A DNA stretch of 47,325 bases from a virus (lineage: Duplodnaviria > Caudoviricetes). A program made the translations under genes and the position numbers. The DNA lies in the IMG/VR virus record IMGVR_UViG_3300031454_000253, positions 1 to 47,325 of that record; one strand, 5' to 3'. Shown here piece after piece: positions 15,801-23,120 of the stretch (position 1 is the stretch's first letter; every line of letters begins with the position of its first letter). The notes beneath the pieces are model-generated. The model searched no databases, was not told the DNA's origin, and saw only the letters and a program-made list of their open reading frames with translations.

Positions 15801-18478
15801 CCCCACTGGACGTCGCCGCCTTCCATCCAGTCGGTTTTATTGAGTTGCTCAACAACCACAGACTTGACGCCGTCGAATATACCCTTCAGAAAGGCGTTGA
15901 CGGCATCGTGAATCTGGAGCGCGCCGCCACCCTCGCCACGCTCTCCTGGTCCGCCCATCGAGTTTGTCCCGCCGGACGATGACCCAAACGCCTCGGTGAT
16001 CCCAGCAACGAGCCCAGTAGTGATCTTGGTCCCGATCTCGGTACCGAGGTTGTTTGCGGTATCGACGAACCCCTGGCTGAGCTGTGGTCCGCCCTGGTCA
16101 ATGAATGTATTGACGGCGTCGCTGATTTTGAGAATGAGGTCGCCGAGGTGAAGGTCGCCAATCATCCAACCACTGATGTTGGCACGAACGCTATCGAGTG
16201 TGATTCCTTCGCTGCCGCCAGTCATCGCCCCGGCGCTGTTCTCCCCACCAATGCGTGACCCGCCGCCCCCGACGACCCACTCCTTGACCTTGTCCCAGAG
16301 CGGTTCGATTGTTCCCTGCGCCCAGTTTTGAATGTCAACCTTGACGGCGGGAATCTGTACGATGGCATCGCCCATTGCAGGAATGGCTGTATCCTCAAGC
16401 CACGCCCACACATCTTCGATTCCGTCATTCACCCAGCCGGCGATGTTGACGAGAACTTCACCGAGGGTTATCCCGCTTCCTGGCGCATTGTTGGTGCTTG
16501 GGCCTAACCCTCCGATGGGTCCGACTTTGTCGGCTCCGATGACCAGTCCTTGCAGCCACTTCCAGACGTCCTCAATCGTCCCGGCGGCCCACGAGCCGAT
16601 GTTGACAAGGACGCCATGAAGCGTCACGCCACCACCGCCGTAATTCGCCCCGGCGCTGTTCTCACCGCCGAGGTGCCCCCCGCCCCCACCGCTGAACAAT
16701 CCGCTGACGAAGTTGGCGATACTGGCGATGGTTCCCTGCGCCCAGTTGATGATGTTGACCGTGACATCGTGGAGGTCGGCGCCTTTGCCAGAACCCTCGC
16801 CAGTCACCCAATCGCTAATAAACCCGCCGAAGTCCTGGAGAATGACGCCCTTGAGCCAACTTCCGACGCTCACCGTCACGTCGATCACGATATCGGCCAG
16901 CGCCTGCGCCATTTGTTTCAACTCGCCCGGAAACGCCGCCATTAGGCCGGAGAGTCCGTCCGCCTGGAAAGCGCGGTAGAGGTCCGCGAAGGCGTCAACG
17001 ATGCGCCCGAGCGCCTCCGCGGCGGGTTGGACACTGGCAGGGAGTTTGTCGAGCGCGGCGTTGAATGTGCTTTGCGTTTCGACCACCCGCTTGAGGTAGC
17101 CCAGAAGCTCCCCAGCCGCGTCGATAATCGGCCCACCGAAGGCCGCCGCAAGGATTGCAACAGCAGCCGCCGCCAAGAGGAAGGGCGCTCCCACCGTCCC
17201 CACGATGACGCCGAGGGCAGCGAGCACCGGACCGGCCACGGCCACCGCGGCCCCGATCCCGGTCAGGATGGCGGCGAAGGCAATGGCGGCGGCGATCGCG
17301 TTCTGAATCGGCTCCGGGAGCTTGAAAAAGGCGTTGACGGCAGCGGTGATCGCGCCAGCGATGACGGTCAGGGCCGGCGTCAGTTTCGAGCCGATGGCGA
17401 TAGCGGCGGTTTCGAGTGATCCCTTCAGCTGTTCGACCGCGCCACCGAACCCCTGCATCCGGGCATTTGCAGCTTCTTGTGCCTGACCGTTGGCATCAAG
17501 GTCTTTGGTCATGGCGCGGAGTGGGTCGCCGCCGTTCTTCATCGCGGCCGCCATCACGTCGGCAGCCTCGCGGCCAAAAATCATGGCAAGTGACTGCGCC
17601 TTCTGCTCTTCAGTCATCCCCGCCGTTGCCGTAGCGAGTTGATCCATAAGGTCGGGGAGTGGAAGAAAGTTGCCATTGGCATCGAACGCGCTGATGCCCA
17701 GCTCGTTCATTTTGGCGGTGGCGTCCGAGACGGGGTTGGCGAGATTGGTATACGCAGCGGCCAGACTTGTACCAATCTCGGCGCCCTTGAGACCGAATTG
17801 CGAGAAATAGGCGATTGCGGCCGCACCATCCTGGAAAGAATCAACCGCGCCGAGCTGCACTGCCGGCGCGAGGTTGCGCATGCCTGCCTGAAGGTCGGGG
17901 AGATCGGTCGCGCTCTTATTGATCGCGGCGGTCATGATGTCGGTATAGGCTGCCGCCCGTTTGGCTGTTGAGCTGTACTTGGCGGCATCGTCCTGGAACA
18001 GATTCATGTTCTGGCCGAGCGCCGTTGCGGAGCTGGCTATGCTCTCGCCGGTCGCTGCGGCGAGGTTCACGGTGGCGTCGGCAACCCCGTTATTGATATC
18101 GGCGACCGACACACCGAGCTTGGCTAGTTCCTCAATGGCACCGCCCGCCTCGGTCGCGGAGTACTGCGTATCCTGGCCGAGTCGTAGTGCTGTTGTGGAG
18201 AGCGTCGCGATTTCGGCGTCCGTCGCCCCAGTGGCCGCCTGCACGGCGTTCATCTGTTTCTCGAAACTCGCCGCTGACCCGATCACCGCGCCGAGTCCCT
18301 CTTTTGCCGCATAGCCAATCAAGCCGAATCCGGCCGCGGCCTTCAGGCTCATGCCCTGGGTTTTTGTCCCAACACCAGCAGCCGCCCCCTCAAGTCCTGA
18401 GAGGGACGACACCGCCTGATTGACCCCAGCGGGATTAAAACTCAGGACAATGCTGCCCGAGGCCGCGCCCAGCTCCAC
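12851..18478 (-). CDS. Tape measure protein (TP901-like core)
   Basis: 1875 aa, Ala/Gly rich; FEKQMNAVQA..LRLGQDTQYSATEA..ELAKLG core; C-terminal GIESPSK..GQFIGQGFGLG motif. Confidence 0.95.
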   Translation of the reverse strand: MELGAASGSIVLSFNPAGVNQAVSSLSGLEGAAAGVGTKTQGMSLKAAAGFGLIGYAAKEGLGAVIGSAASFEKQMNAVQAATGATDAEIATLSTTALRLGQDTQYSATEAGGAIEELAKLGVSVADINNGVADATVNLAAATGESIASSATALGQNMNLFQDDAAKYSSTAKRAAAYTDIMTAAINKSATDLPDLQAGMRNLAPAVQLGAVDSFQDGAAAIAYFSQFGLKGAEIGTSLAAAYTNLANPVSDATAKMNELGISAFDANGNFLPLPDLMDQLATATAGMTEEQKAQSLAMIFGREAADVMAAAMKNGGDPLRAMTKDLDANGQAQEAANARMQGFGGAVEQLKGSLETAAIAIGSKLTPALTVIAGAITAAVNAFFKLPEPIQNAIAAAIAFAAILTGIGAAVAVAGPVLAALGVIVGTVGAPFLLAAAAVAILAAAFGGPIIDAAGELLGYLKRVVETQSTFNAALDKLPASVQPAAEALGRIVDAFADLYRAFQADGLSGLMAAFPGELKQMAQALADIVIDVTVSVGSWLKGVILQDFGGFISDWVTGEGSGKGADLHDVTVNIINWAQGTIASIANFVSGLFSGGGGGHLGGENSAGANYGGGGVTLHGVLVNIGSWAAGTIEDVWKWLQGLVIGADKVGPIGGLGPSTNNAPGSGITLGEVLVNIAGWVNDGIEDVWAWLEDTAIPAMGDAIVQIPAVKVDIQNWAQGTIEPLWDKVKEWVVGGGGSRIGGENSAGAMTGGSEGITLDSVRANISGWMIGDLHLGDLILKISDAVNTFIDQGGPQLSQGFVDTANNLGTEIGTKITTGLVAGITEAFGSSSGGTNSMGGPGERGEGGGALQIHDAVNAFLKGIFDGVKSVVVEQLNKTDWMEGGDVQWGNLVKHIVGKLVEGFTNGPASAAIGEAIDGARQWWSDLMSGISSALGGGSGPVPGGFNGSPGTPSQGGSDPGDVLGSAITNFLKAGVDKVLDIFRNFDLSGIASAAGDLIGRLWETITGAFTNAPPEATAPIVEGVTAPVSDSFATVSSELPGIGTAMGGPAGELLQDAYFGSLGVGFEGGDAVFDGPDPSIVSTPLNDALPSMVDAARFAGGEAGSAGGAAYGTNLGTEFSGAAVIPTDLAAQAFALGIDITGMTTDQIVAAMGTADFTPIGTALNEGIMNVVDAAFANGGPTALGGPGGGQGAASGGSGIGLGIANNLVTDVSDGIDQADFKPVRDAVTTKLAGLFGGVDGAVAGEGDTAGGLLAPLIAQFNAAVPLVTAAMDDVALAVSSGMDTITASLSGTTLAGDGGGTPGSLSPSTSGGGILGSFIAQFTAAVPLITTAMTTVATAVIAGMATITAALSGGGGAGGPTALGGPGGGQGGAGDGGGILGPFIAQFTAAVPLITAAMTSVAAAVTTGMATITAALSGGGSGGGPTAMGGPGGGQGAAGGGGLLAPMIAQFTAAAPLITTAMATIGTAVTTGLTTMQTAIGTFAGQAGLLMTQAGTNMQTAITSKMPAIQTAVTTALTTMQTAIGTFAGQAGALMTQAGTNMQTPITTAMTTIKTIVTTGLTAMQTAIGAFAGQAGALMAQAGTNMQTPITSAMTAIQTTVTTALTTMQTAIGTFAGQAGALMTQAGTNMSTAITTAMTTVTTAVNTATSAMSSDLQGFAGNAATAGSDAGNGFKDGLQGGLDAAVGAAGQAAADVGAALGGGYDAAYAAGANIGLGFALGISSMAGSVAAAADQLSAAAAGATVQYNGIESPSKLYRKYGQFIGQGFGLGMTDTSSLAADAAGRLSSAAEDVFANMRSPRSARTSRIPGVAGAGGGGGSSTVNHGDTYHLSINGTDAGGSSDPRINDAIHTLVDLMGHSVRNSYADLGV
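13500..14110. repeat. Approximately 120-bp (40-aa) tandem repeats in the tape measure gene
   Basis: Repeated TTAMTx..VTTxLTTMQTAIGTFAGQAGALMTQAGTNM units. Confidence 0.85.
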
Positions 18479-18514
18479 GGCTAGAGACCGCAGATCAGTC
18501 GTGTACGAGATGGG

Positions 18515-18582
18515 AACAAAGAAACGCGCTGACGATGCACAGTGAAAGCTCCCGCTTGGGAGCCTTCCCCGGCGTCAGCGCG
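18515..18582 (-). terminator. Terminator/attenuator-like structure upstream of the tape measure gene
   Basis: 10-bp outer stem CGCGCTGACG/CGTCAGCGCG, inner hairpin GAAGGCTCCC-AAGC-GGGAGCTTTC, followed by TTTCTTTGTT on the minus strand. Confidence 0.65.
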
Positions 18583-18617
18583 CTCAGGTGGGGACAGGCT
18601 ATCTAGCTAGACGACTC

Positions 18618-18716
18618 TCAGTATATCATCCGCCCGAGCTGCCGAACCTGCACGCCCTCGCGGACGGCCTTGGTGAACAACTCTCGCCACTTGGTTGTGG
18701 TCGTCGTCCTTTGCAT
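18618..18716 (-). pseudogene. Truncated 32-aa gene (MQRTTTTTKWRELFTKAVREGVQVRQLG...), possibly the N-terminus of a SWIM zinc-finger family protein
   Basis: Strong RBS GGAGG and an upstream promoter, but the ORF stops early; family assignment is recalled, not verified. Confidence 0.4.
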
Positions 18717-18784
18717 TTCCGGTATCCTCCGTCTACGTGAGCCGACTGCCGCGAGAGGAGCTTGCCTTCCCTCTCTTGCAACAT

Positions 18785-18849
18785 ATTCTAACGCGATATA
18801 GCGCGATATGCAACATGTTATCGCGGACTCTAACACGTCATGCTATAGT
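18785..18849. promoter_or_regulatory. Divergent promoter pair with operator-like repeats
   Basis: Minus strand TTGCAT-17-TAGAAT (18813-18785); plus strand TGcTATAGT (18841-18849); CGCGATAT at 18792 and 18802, inverted TATCGCG at 18819. Confidence 0.65.
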
Positions 18850-18882
18850 GAAGGCTAGGCTTTCGGACGCAAGGAGGCTCCT

Positions 18883-19092
18883 ATGGATGACGAGTTTCTA
18901 ACGCTGCAAGGAGCGGCTGATCTCATGGGAGTTAGCCGCTTCAAGATTTGGCGACTTGTTCGGGATGGGCAACTGACGGCCCATCAGTCGGAAAGAGACC
19001 GCCGAGAGAAGCTGGTACGGAAAAGCGAAATCGAGGCGCTTATTCGACCCCACCCTATTAGCATCAGCGAAGCAAAAAAAGTCGCCGCCTAG
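18883..19092 (+). CDS. HTH_17/excisionase-like DNA-binding protein
   Basis: FLTLQGAADLMGVSRFKIWRLVRDGQL..KLVRKSEIEAL; RBS AAGGAGG. Confidence 0.85.
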   Translation: MDDEFLTLQGAADLMGVSRFKIWRLVRDGQLTAHQSERDRREKLVRKSEIEALIRPHPISISEAKKVAA

Positions 19093-19210
19093 ATGAGTCC
19101 TAGGCGGCGACGGCAAGCTTCTCTGGCGTCGGCTCACGACAACCGGAGAGCTTCTCTATTTTATCACCCGTAGTGACGTGTGATTATTCGACCGTCTGGA
19201 GAGGTCAACC

Positions 19211-19444
19211 GTGACAACATGGGAATACCTCATTACCACGATTGCTATCTCGCACAAGGTTGAGCGGATTGAGTTGCCAGATCGTTCACTTCGGGACGAG
19301 CCGCAAGGCCTAGACAGCATTCTGCGACACTACGGCGCGCAAGGTTGGGAACTTGCGTCGTTGGTGCCGTGGGAATACATAGACAGCGATCCTTCTCGGA
19401 TTCGGCGGTTGCGCGCGGTCTTTAAGCGCCCTCGCCCTCTGTAA
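19211..19444 (+). CDS. DUF4177-like small protein
   Basis: MTTWEYL...L..YGAQGWELAS...VFKRP signature; RBS GGAGAGG. Confidence 0.8.
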   Translation: MTTWEYLITTIAISHKVERIELPDRSLRDEPQGLDSILRHYGAQGWELASLVPWEYIDSDPSRIRRLRAVFKRPRPL

Positions 19445-19492
19445 CGCGAACTTGCACACATGCATCACTGCATTTTGTCAAGTGTACGTATA

Positions 19493-19521
19493 TTGCCTAG
19501 GAGCATCGCTACCTATAGACT
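19493..19521 (+). promoter_or_regulatory. Sigma70-like promoter of a two-gene module
   Basis: TTGCCT-17 nt-TAGACT. Confidence 0.55.
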
Positions 19522-19548
19522 TGCGTCGGAGGAGCGCCAGGGGGTCTC

Positions 19549-19932
19549 GTGAACGATACGCCTGAACGCTCCTTATATCGAGTTGGGAAACTGCCCTTTC
19601 CGGACGGCAATGCCTACAAAACGAATCAGGAAAAGTATCCGGATCGCCCCGTGGGCATCTCCGATGAGGAATGGAACGCTTGGGGCGCGTTGTCTTTCTT
19701 TGATTCGGAGGAAGGGGCGCGGAGGTGCGGAGAGGAACAAACGCACCTCGGGAACATGATCTTTCGGTACGACATTCCGGAAGATGTCGGCATCGTACGA
19801 GGCGATCCAGACGACGTAGGTCACGTCAATGTCTGGGGCGATAAGGAGGTAATCAGAGGCTACCTGGTGACGGGTTGGGTCAGGCCTGTAAAACGGAAGG
19901 CCCACCAGGCGGCGAAGGGACAACAACAATGA
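19549..19932 (+). CDS. Putative toxin with an ADP-ribosyltransferase-like fold
   Basis: N-terminal LYR, central GALSFF, C-terminal GHVNVW pattern; coupled to the next gene by an ATGA overlap. Confidence 0.5.
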   Translation: MNDTPERSLYRVGKLPFPDGNAYKTNQEKYPDRPVGISDEEWNAWGALSFFDSEEGARRCGEEQTHLGNMIFRYDIPEDVGIVRGDPDDVGHVNVWGDKEVIRGYLVTGWVRPVKRKAHQAAKGQQQ

Positions 19933-20252
19933 GATATAGCATCTGGGACGTTGAAACGACCAACCGGCTCGGACGCTTCGAGAGTGAAGAGGAGGCGCTA
20001 GCGTTCGTTCGAACTATGCTGGCGACCTATCCTCGGGAGAAGCTACTTGATCTCAGCCTCAGTTGGCGAGACGAGAATGACGAGGTCGTCGAGCCGGTAA
20101 CGGGTGAAGCTTTGCTTGATCGTGCTGAGAAGGCGGTAAAGCAGCAGCCCGTAACGGCAGGCAGTCGCTCCTACTCTGGATCGTCACTATCATCAGGCGC
20201 AGAGCACAGCGTTCTGCCGATGGCCGCGTCCTCAAAGCGCGCAGGCAAGTAG
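19929..20252 (+). CDS. Putative cognate antitoxin
   Basis: Starts at the ATG overlapping the upstream stop; small acidic protein MRYSIWDVETTNRLGRFESEEEALAFVR. Confidence 0.5.
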   Translation: MRYSIWDVETTNRLGRFESEEEALAFVRTMLATYPREKLLDLSLSWRDENDEVVEPVTGEALLDRAEKAVKQQPVTAGSRSYSGSSLSSGAEHSVLPMAASSKRAGK

Positions 20253-20259
20253 TCGAACT

Positions 20260-20433
20260 TTAGTCACGACCAGGAAGCAACCCAACGGCCGCCGGTATTA
20301 CCGGCGGCCGTCGCCGTTCCAGCGCATAGTCCCGTCCCGCACCGCACCTGCCACACGCAAGCCGCACAAACGCCCCATGCTCCCCCATCGTTTCAACGCA
20401 TGCGACCGACCTTGCCTTCAGGCAATATGGGCT
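20260..20433 (-). pseudogene. 5'-truncated Com-like zinc-ribbon remnant
   Basis: Frame reads *SPYCLKARSVACVETMGEHGAFVRLACGRCGAGRDYAL...; no start codon upstream of the first Cys pair. Confidence 0.4.
20285..20311. terminator. GC-rich hairpin after the two-gene module
   Basis: ACGGCCGCCGGTA-T-TACCGGCGGCCGT inverted repeat; no clear U-tract. Confidence 0.5.
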
Positions 20434-20440
20434 CTAGGAT
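20412..20440 (+). promoter_or_regulatory. Sigma70-like promoter
   Basis: TTGCCT-17 nt-TAGGAT. Confidence 0.5.
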
Positions 20441-20469
20441 GCGAGCGGGGGGCCTAAAGCGGAGTCGCG

Positions 20470-20745
20470 ATGGTTCGACGGGCTAAGGGGATGGGCCGAC
20501 GGACCGCTTTCGATCGCGGCCGAGCAGATGAAAAGGACGGGCCTAGGAAGGGATACCGTGATTTCCGTAAGGGTTGGACCGCACGAGACGAAGAGGACGC
20601 GCGCCGCATCGGACAGCGCCAGTCAGAACAACGAAAAGTAGCGGCCAACGAAGGGACCAAACCCGTGGCTCCCACAAGAAAAGGCGAACGATGTACCTGC
20701 TCGGATGGAATCACTGGAGGAGATTCACGTGAGCGACAAGGATAA
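20470..20745 (+). CDS. Hypothetical basic protein
   Basis: GGAG before ATG and downstream of the promoter; frame uncertain. Confidence 0.3.
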   Translation: MVRRAKGMGRRTAFDRGRADEKDGPRKGYRDFRKGWTARDEEDARRIGQRQSEQRKVAANEGTKPVAPTRKGERCTCSDGITGGDSRERQG

Positions 20746-20953
20746 GGACGAACTGGTTATTTGCGGAGATCACATGGTGCACCGCTCCGAAGTGACCGTC
20801 GATGACGAGGGTCAAGAAATTCACGGCAAGCACTTCTTTCCTAGTGGCATACCGAGAAAGACCGAGGAACCACGACGCTGGGGGAATCGCGTCGAAAGGG
20901 ATTTGAATAAGGCGAGAGAGGCAAGTGAACAACGCCAGTTGGAGGACAAGTAA
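20729..20953 (+). CDS. Hypothetical protein
   Basis: GGAGGAG RBS before GTG 20729; abuts the next gene. Confidence 0.6.
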   Translation: MSDKDKDELVICGDHMVHRSEVTVDDEGQEIHGKHFFPSGIPRKTEEPRRWGNRVERDLNKAREASEQRQLEDK

Positions 20954-21919
20954 ATGTCATCGGCAGGTCTTCGTCCGCTCCCGCCGTATGACTGGCCGAA
21001 TCCTCCCGCAAAGCCCGACGGCTCCGTGCCCCCGGAGCTGGTCGAGCAGTACAAAGCCGAGCTGACGGCGCACAACGAGTTCATCAAACAGCAATTGGAG
21101 GAATCGTTCGCGCAGGGGGGGCATCGAAGGAGCCTTGAGCAACTTGACCGGCAGGCGCAAATTGGCTCAGCGGCCGCAGCATCTTTGGCCGAGGTTAATC
21201 GCCAGGCAGCGACCGCCCAGGCTGGCTTTGCCGCTGCGGCAGCGACCGCAGCGACTATCCTAGCCCTGGCCAACCTCAGGAGCAATTTCATCAATTCGAG
21301 TGTCACGGAAATCCATAAGGCTTACATCGAGGTAGCCAAGGGAAGTATCGACCGGATGCAAAAGCGGGCAGAGCTGCTTCAGGCGGCCGCTATTGCCATC
21401 GGCACGCTCTACACCGGTCTCCTAGCTTTTTTCTTTATCACTGCTGACAAGATTACCAAGGACAACGTTGACCAAACGGAGACTCTGCCATCCCGTGGAA
21501 TCATCCCGGCGGTGTTTCTAGGATGCACCGTTGTTTTCGCTATGGCCTACTTAGCGTTCCGGACCGTCCCTGGAGAGGGGATGAGTATCAACAACGAAGC
21601 GGAGCCTCTGGATTACATTGAACAGCAGCGAAACCTATTCGTTGACTGGGTCAACTACATACGCTGGTGGAGAGTGGCTCTGATCCAGTTGGCCGTGATC
21701 AGCCTCGGCTTGGCCGTCGCGACCTTACCAGTTGCATTCATCAATGTAGCGAATGACGAAGCTGTTACGTTTATCAAGAACACGGTGATAGTTATTCTCG
21801 CTGTGTGGATCGTCGGTTGGCTGGTCTACGGGAGTCGATCCCGGAACGTCGGTTGGACGGTCAACTTGAGTCGATCCGGGATCGTCAATTGGATGGTCTT
21901 CTGGAGACGACCTCGGTGA
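20954..21919 (+). CDS. Integral membrane protein (about 4 TM helices) with N-terminal helical region
   Basis: Hydrophobic segments AAAIAIGTLYTGLLAFFFI, GIIPAVFLGCTVVFAMAYLAF, VALIQLAVISLGLAVATLPVAFI and TVIVILAVWIVGWLVY. Confidence 0.8.
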   Translation: MSSAGLRPLPPYDWPNPPAKPDGSVPPELVEQYKAELTAHNEFIKQQLEESFAQGGHRRSLEQLDRQAQIGSAAAASLAEVNRQAATAQAGFAAAAATAATILALANLRSNFINSSVTEIHKAYIEVAKGSIDRMQKRAELLQAAAIAIGTLYTGLLAFFFITADKITKDNVDQTETLPSRGIIPAVFLGCTVVFAMAYLAFRTVPGEGMSINNEAEPLDYIEQQRNLFVDWVNYIRWWRVALIQLAVISLGLAVATLPVAFINVANDEAVTFIKNTVIVILAVWIVGWLVYGSRSRNVGWTVNLSRSGIVNWMVFWRRPR

Positions 21920-21932
21920 CATCTGCTCTACC

Positions 21933-22160
21933 TTAGGACTCGACGATGGGATATTCTGAGGACGTGTCATGGGAATCAACCTCCCGTGATGCCGCGCCGG
22001 GGCTGTCGCAAGCAGCGCCCGGCACTTCTATTACGGGTTCTATTTTACCATTGATGACCCGCCAGTAGTGAAAATTTCCGCAGTGACTGCACTTAACCTC
22101 AAGGAGATCACCATGGAGCTTCCCATGCAGGTGTCGCTCGCATCGCAGTTCGACGCTCAC
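21933..22160 (-). CDS. Com-like zinc-ribbon protein
   Basis: ELRCERHLHGKLHGDLLEVKCSHCG matches the Mu Com-type pattern (xRC..L..K....EIKCxxC). Confidence 0.65.
   Translation of the reverse strand: MSVELRCERHLHGKLHGDLLEVKCSHCGNFHYWRVINGKIEPVIEVPGAACDSPGAASREVDSHDTSSEYPIVES
21968..22050 (-). promoter_or_regulatory. Extended -10 promoter plus structured RNA leader (copy 2)
   Basis: TGgTAAAAT; AAGTGCCGGG-C-GCTG-CTTGCGA-CAGC-CCCGGC-GC-GGCATC; RBS hairpin GGGAG-GTTGA-TTCCC then ATG at 21970. Confidence 0.65.
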
Positions 22161-22516
22161 TCGGGAAGTTCCAGTGTCGGCAGACTAAAGCGCGACAGGT
22201 CCAACGGCTCCGCGTTCGGGTCGGTGCGTCCGTCCGCGTCCCCGCCGTCGTCTGCGCCGAGCAGTTGCGCGAGGGTGTGCTTCCGGACCGTCTCGACGTG
22301 ACCGTGTTTCTTCGGCGGCGCCGGCGCGGGCTTTTGTTCGGTCTCTTCCAGCATCGCGCTCACCGTGTCTCCGAAGCCCTGGACCGCAAGGTCAAACCCC
22401 AACCGCGCCCGCCCATCGAAGCCCGCTTCACGAAGTTGCAACAGGTCCGAGTACCGCGTTCCGATCGAGCTGCCGAGCCGGAAGAGGCTCCACATCGCCG
22501 GACGGTTCTCGACGAA
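22157..22516 (-). CDS. Tail assembly chaperone extension (GT-like), probably reached by +1 frameshift
   Basis: Overlaps the chaperone 3' end, has no good RBS, and is in the +1 frame at CCC TTT CGT. Confidence 0.6.
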   Translation of the reverse strand, partial: FVENRPAMWSLFRLGSSIGTRYSDLLQLREAGFDGRARLGFDLAVQGFGDTVSAMLEETEQKPAPAPPKKHGHVETVRKHTLAQLLGADDGGDADGRTDPNAEPLDLSRFSLPTLELPE

Positions 22517-23063
22517 AGGGGATAAGCCGCTCCGCTGACCCCACATCGACCGACCAGGCCAGCCGCAGAAACGCCATTCGGTCCTTGATATGGATGTGCT
22601 CGATATAGACCTCGTTCGGGTCGCTGGTCCGCTCGGACAGATTCATCAGGATTCGCGGCGTGATAAAGCCCGCCTTACAGACCAGGTTGGCCATCTCGTG
22701 GTCGCGCTTCTGATCCTTGCCGATGGTGTTGACCGTCAGGGTGCCGCCGGCCTCCGCCCTTGCCTGATTGAGTAGTTGCAGCGCCCGGTTCTGGAGATGC
22801 GTGGGCAGGTTGCCCATCGTGGTCCAGTCCTCGAAGGCCACCCGCTTGACCAGGGCAATCGCGCCCGGCTTCGTGTAGGGCAACTTGAACTCGAACCCCT
22901 CGTCCTCCTGCTCGTGCGCCTGAGCGGCGTCATCGAAGGTCAGGAGATTGCCAGACGTGGATGACGCCTCATCAGGCTCGGGTGCAGGCGGCGGCGTTGC
23001 CGGTCGCAGCGTCAGGTCATCGTGCGAAGGAAGCGGCTGAGGAATCGTGTTCGTGGTGTCCAT
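22428..23063 (-). CDS. Tail assembly chaperone (G-like)
   Basis: Position directly after the tail tube; ends ...ERLIPFRRE. Confidence 0.75.
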   Translation of the reverse strand: MDTTNTIPQPLPSHDDLTLRPATPPPAPEPDEASSTSGNLLTFDDAAQAHEQEDEGFEFKLPYTKPGAIALVKRVAFEDWTTMGNLPTHLQNRALQLLNQARAEAGGTLTVNTIGKDQKRDHEMANLVCKAGFITPRILMNLSERTSDPNEVYIEHIHIKDRMAFLRLAWSVDVGSAERLIPFRREPSGDVEPLPARQLDRNAVLGPVATS

Positions 23064-23120
23064 CGGTACAGGCTCCTATGCGCTCTCGATGCGCGATGGG
23101 CTAGGTGATCGATTCGTCGA

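Noticed and set aside
18883-19092. Phage excisionase marking an integration module
   Set aside because: No integrase or att-like repeat nearby; more likely a regulator belonging to the inserted cassette.
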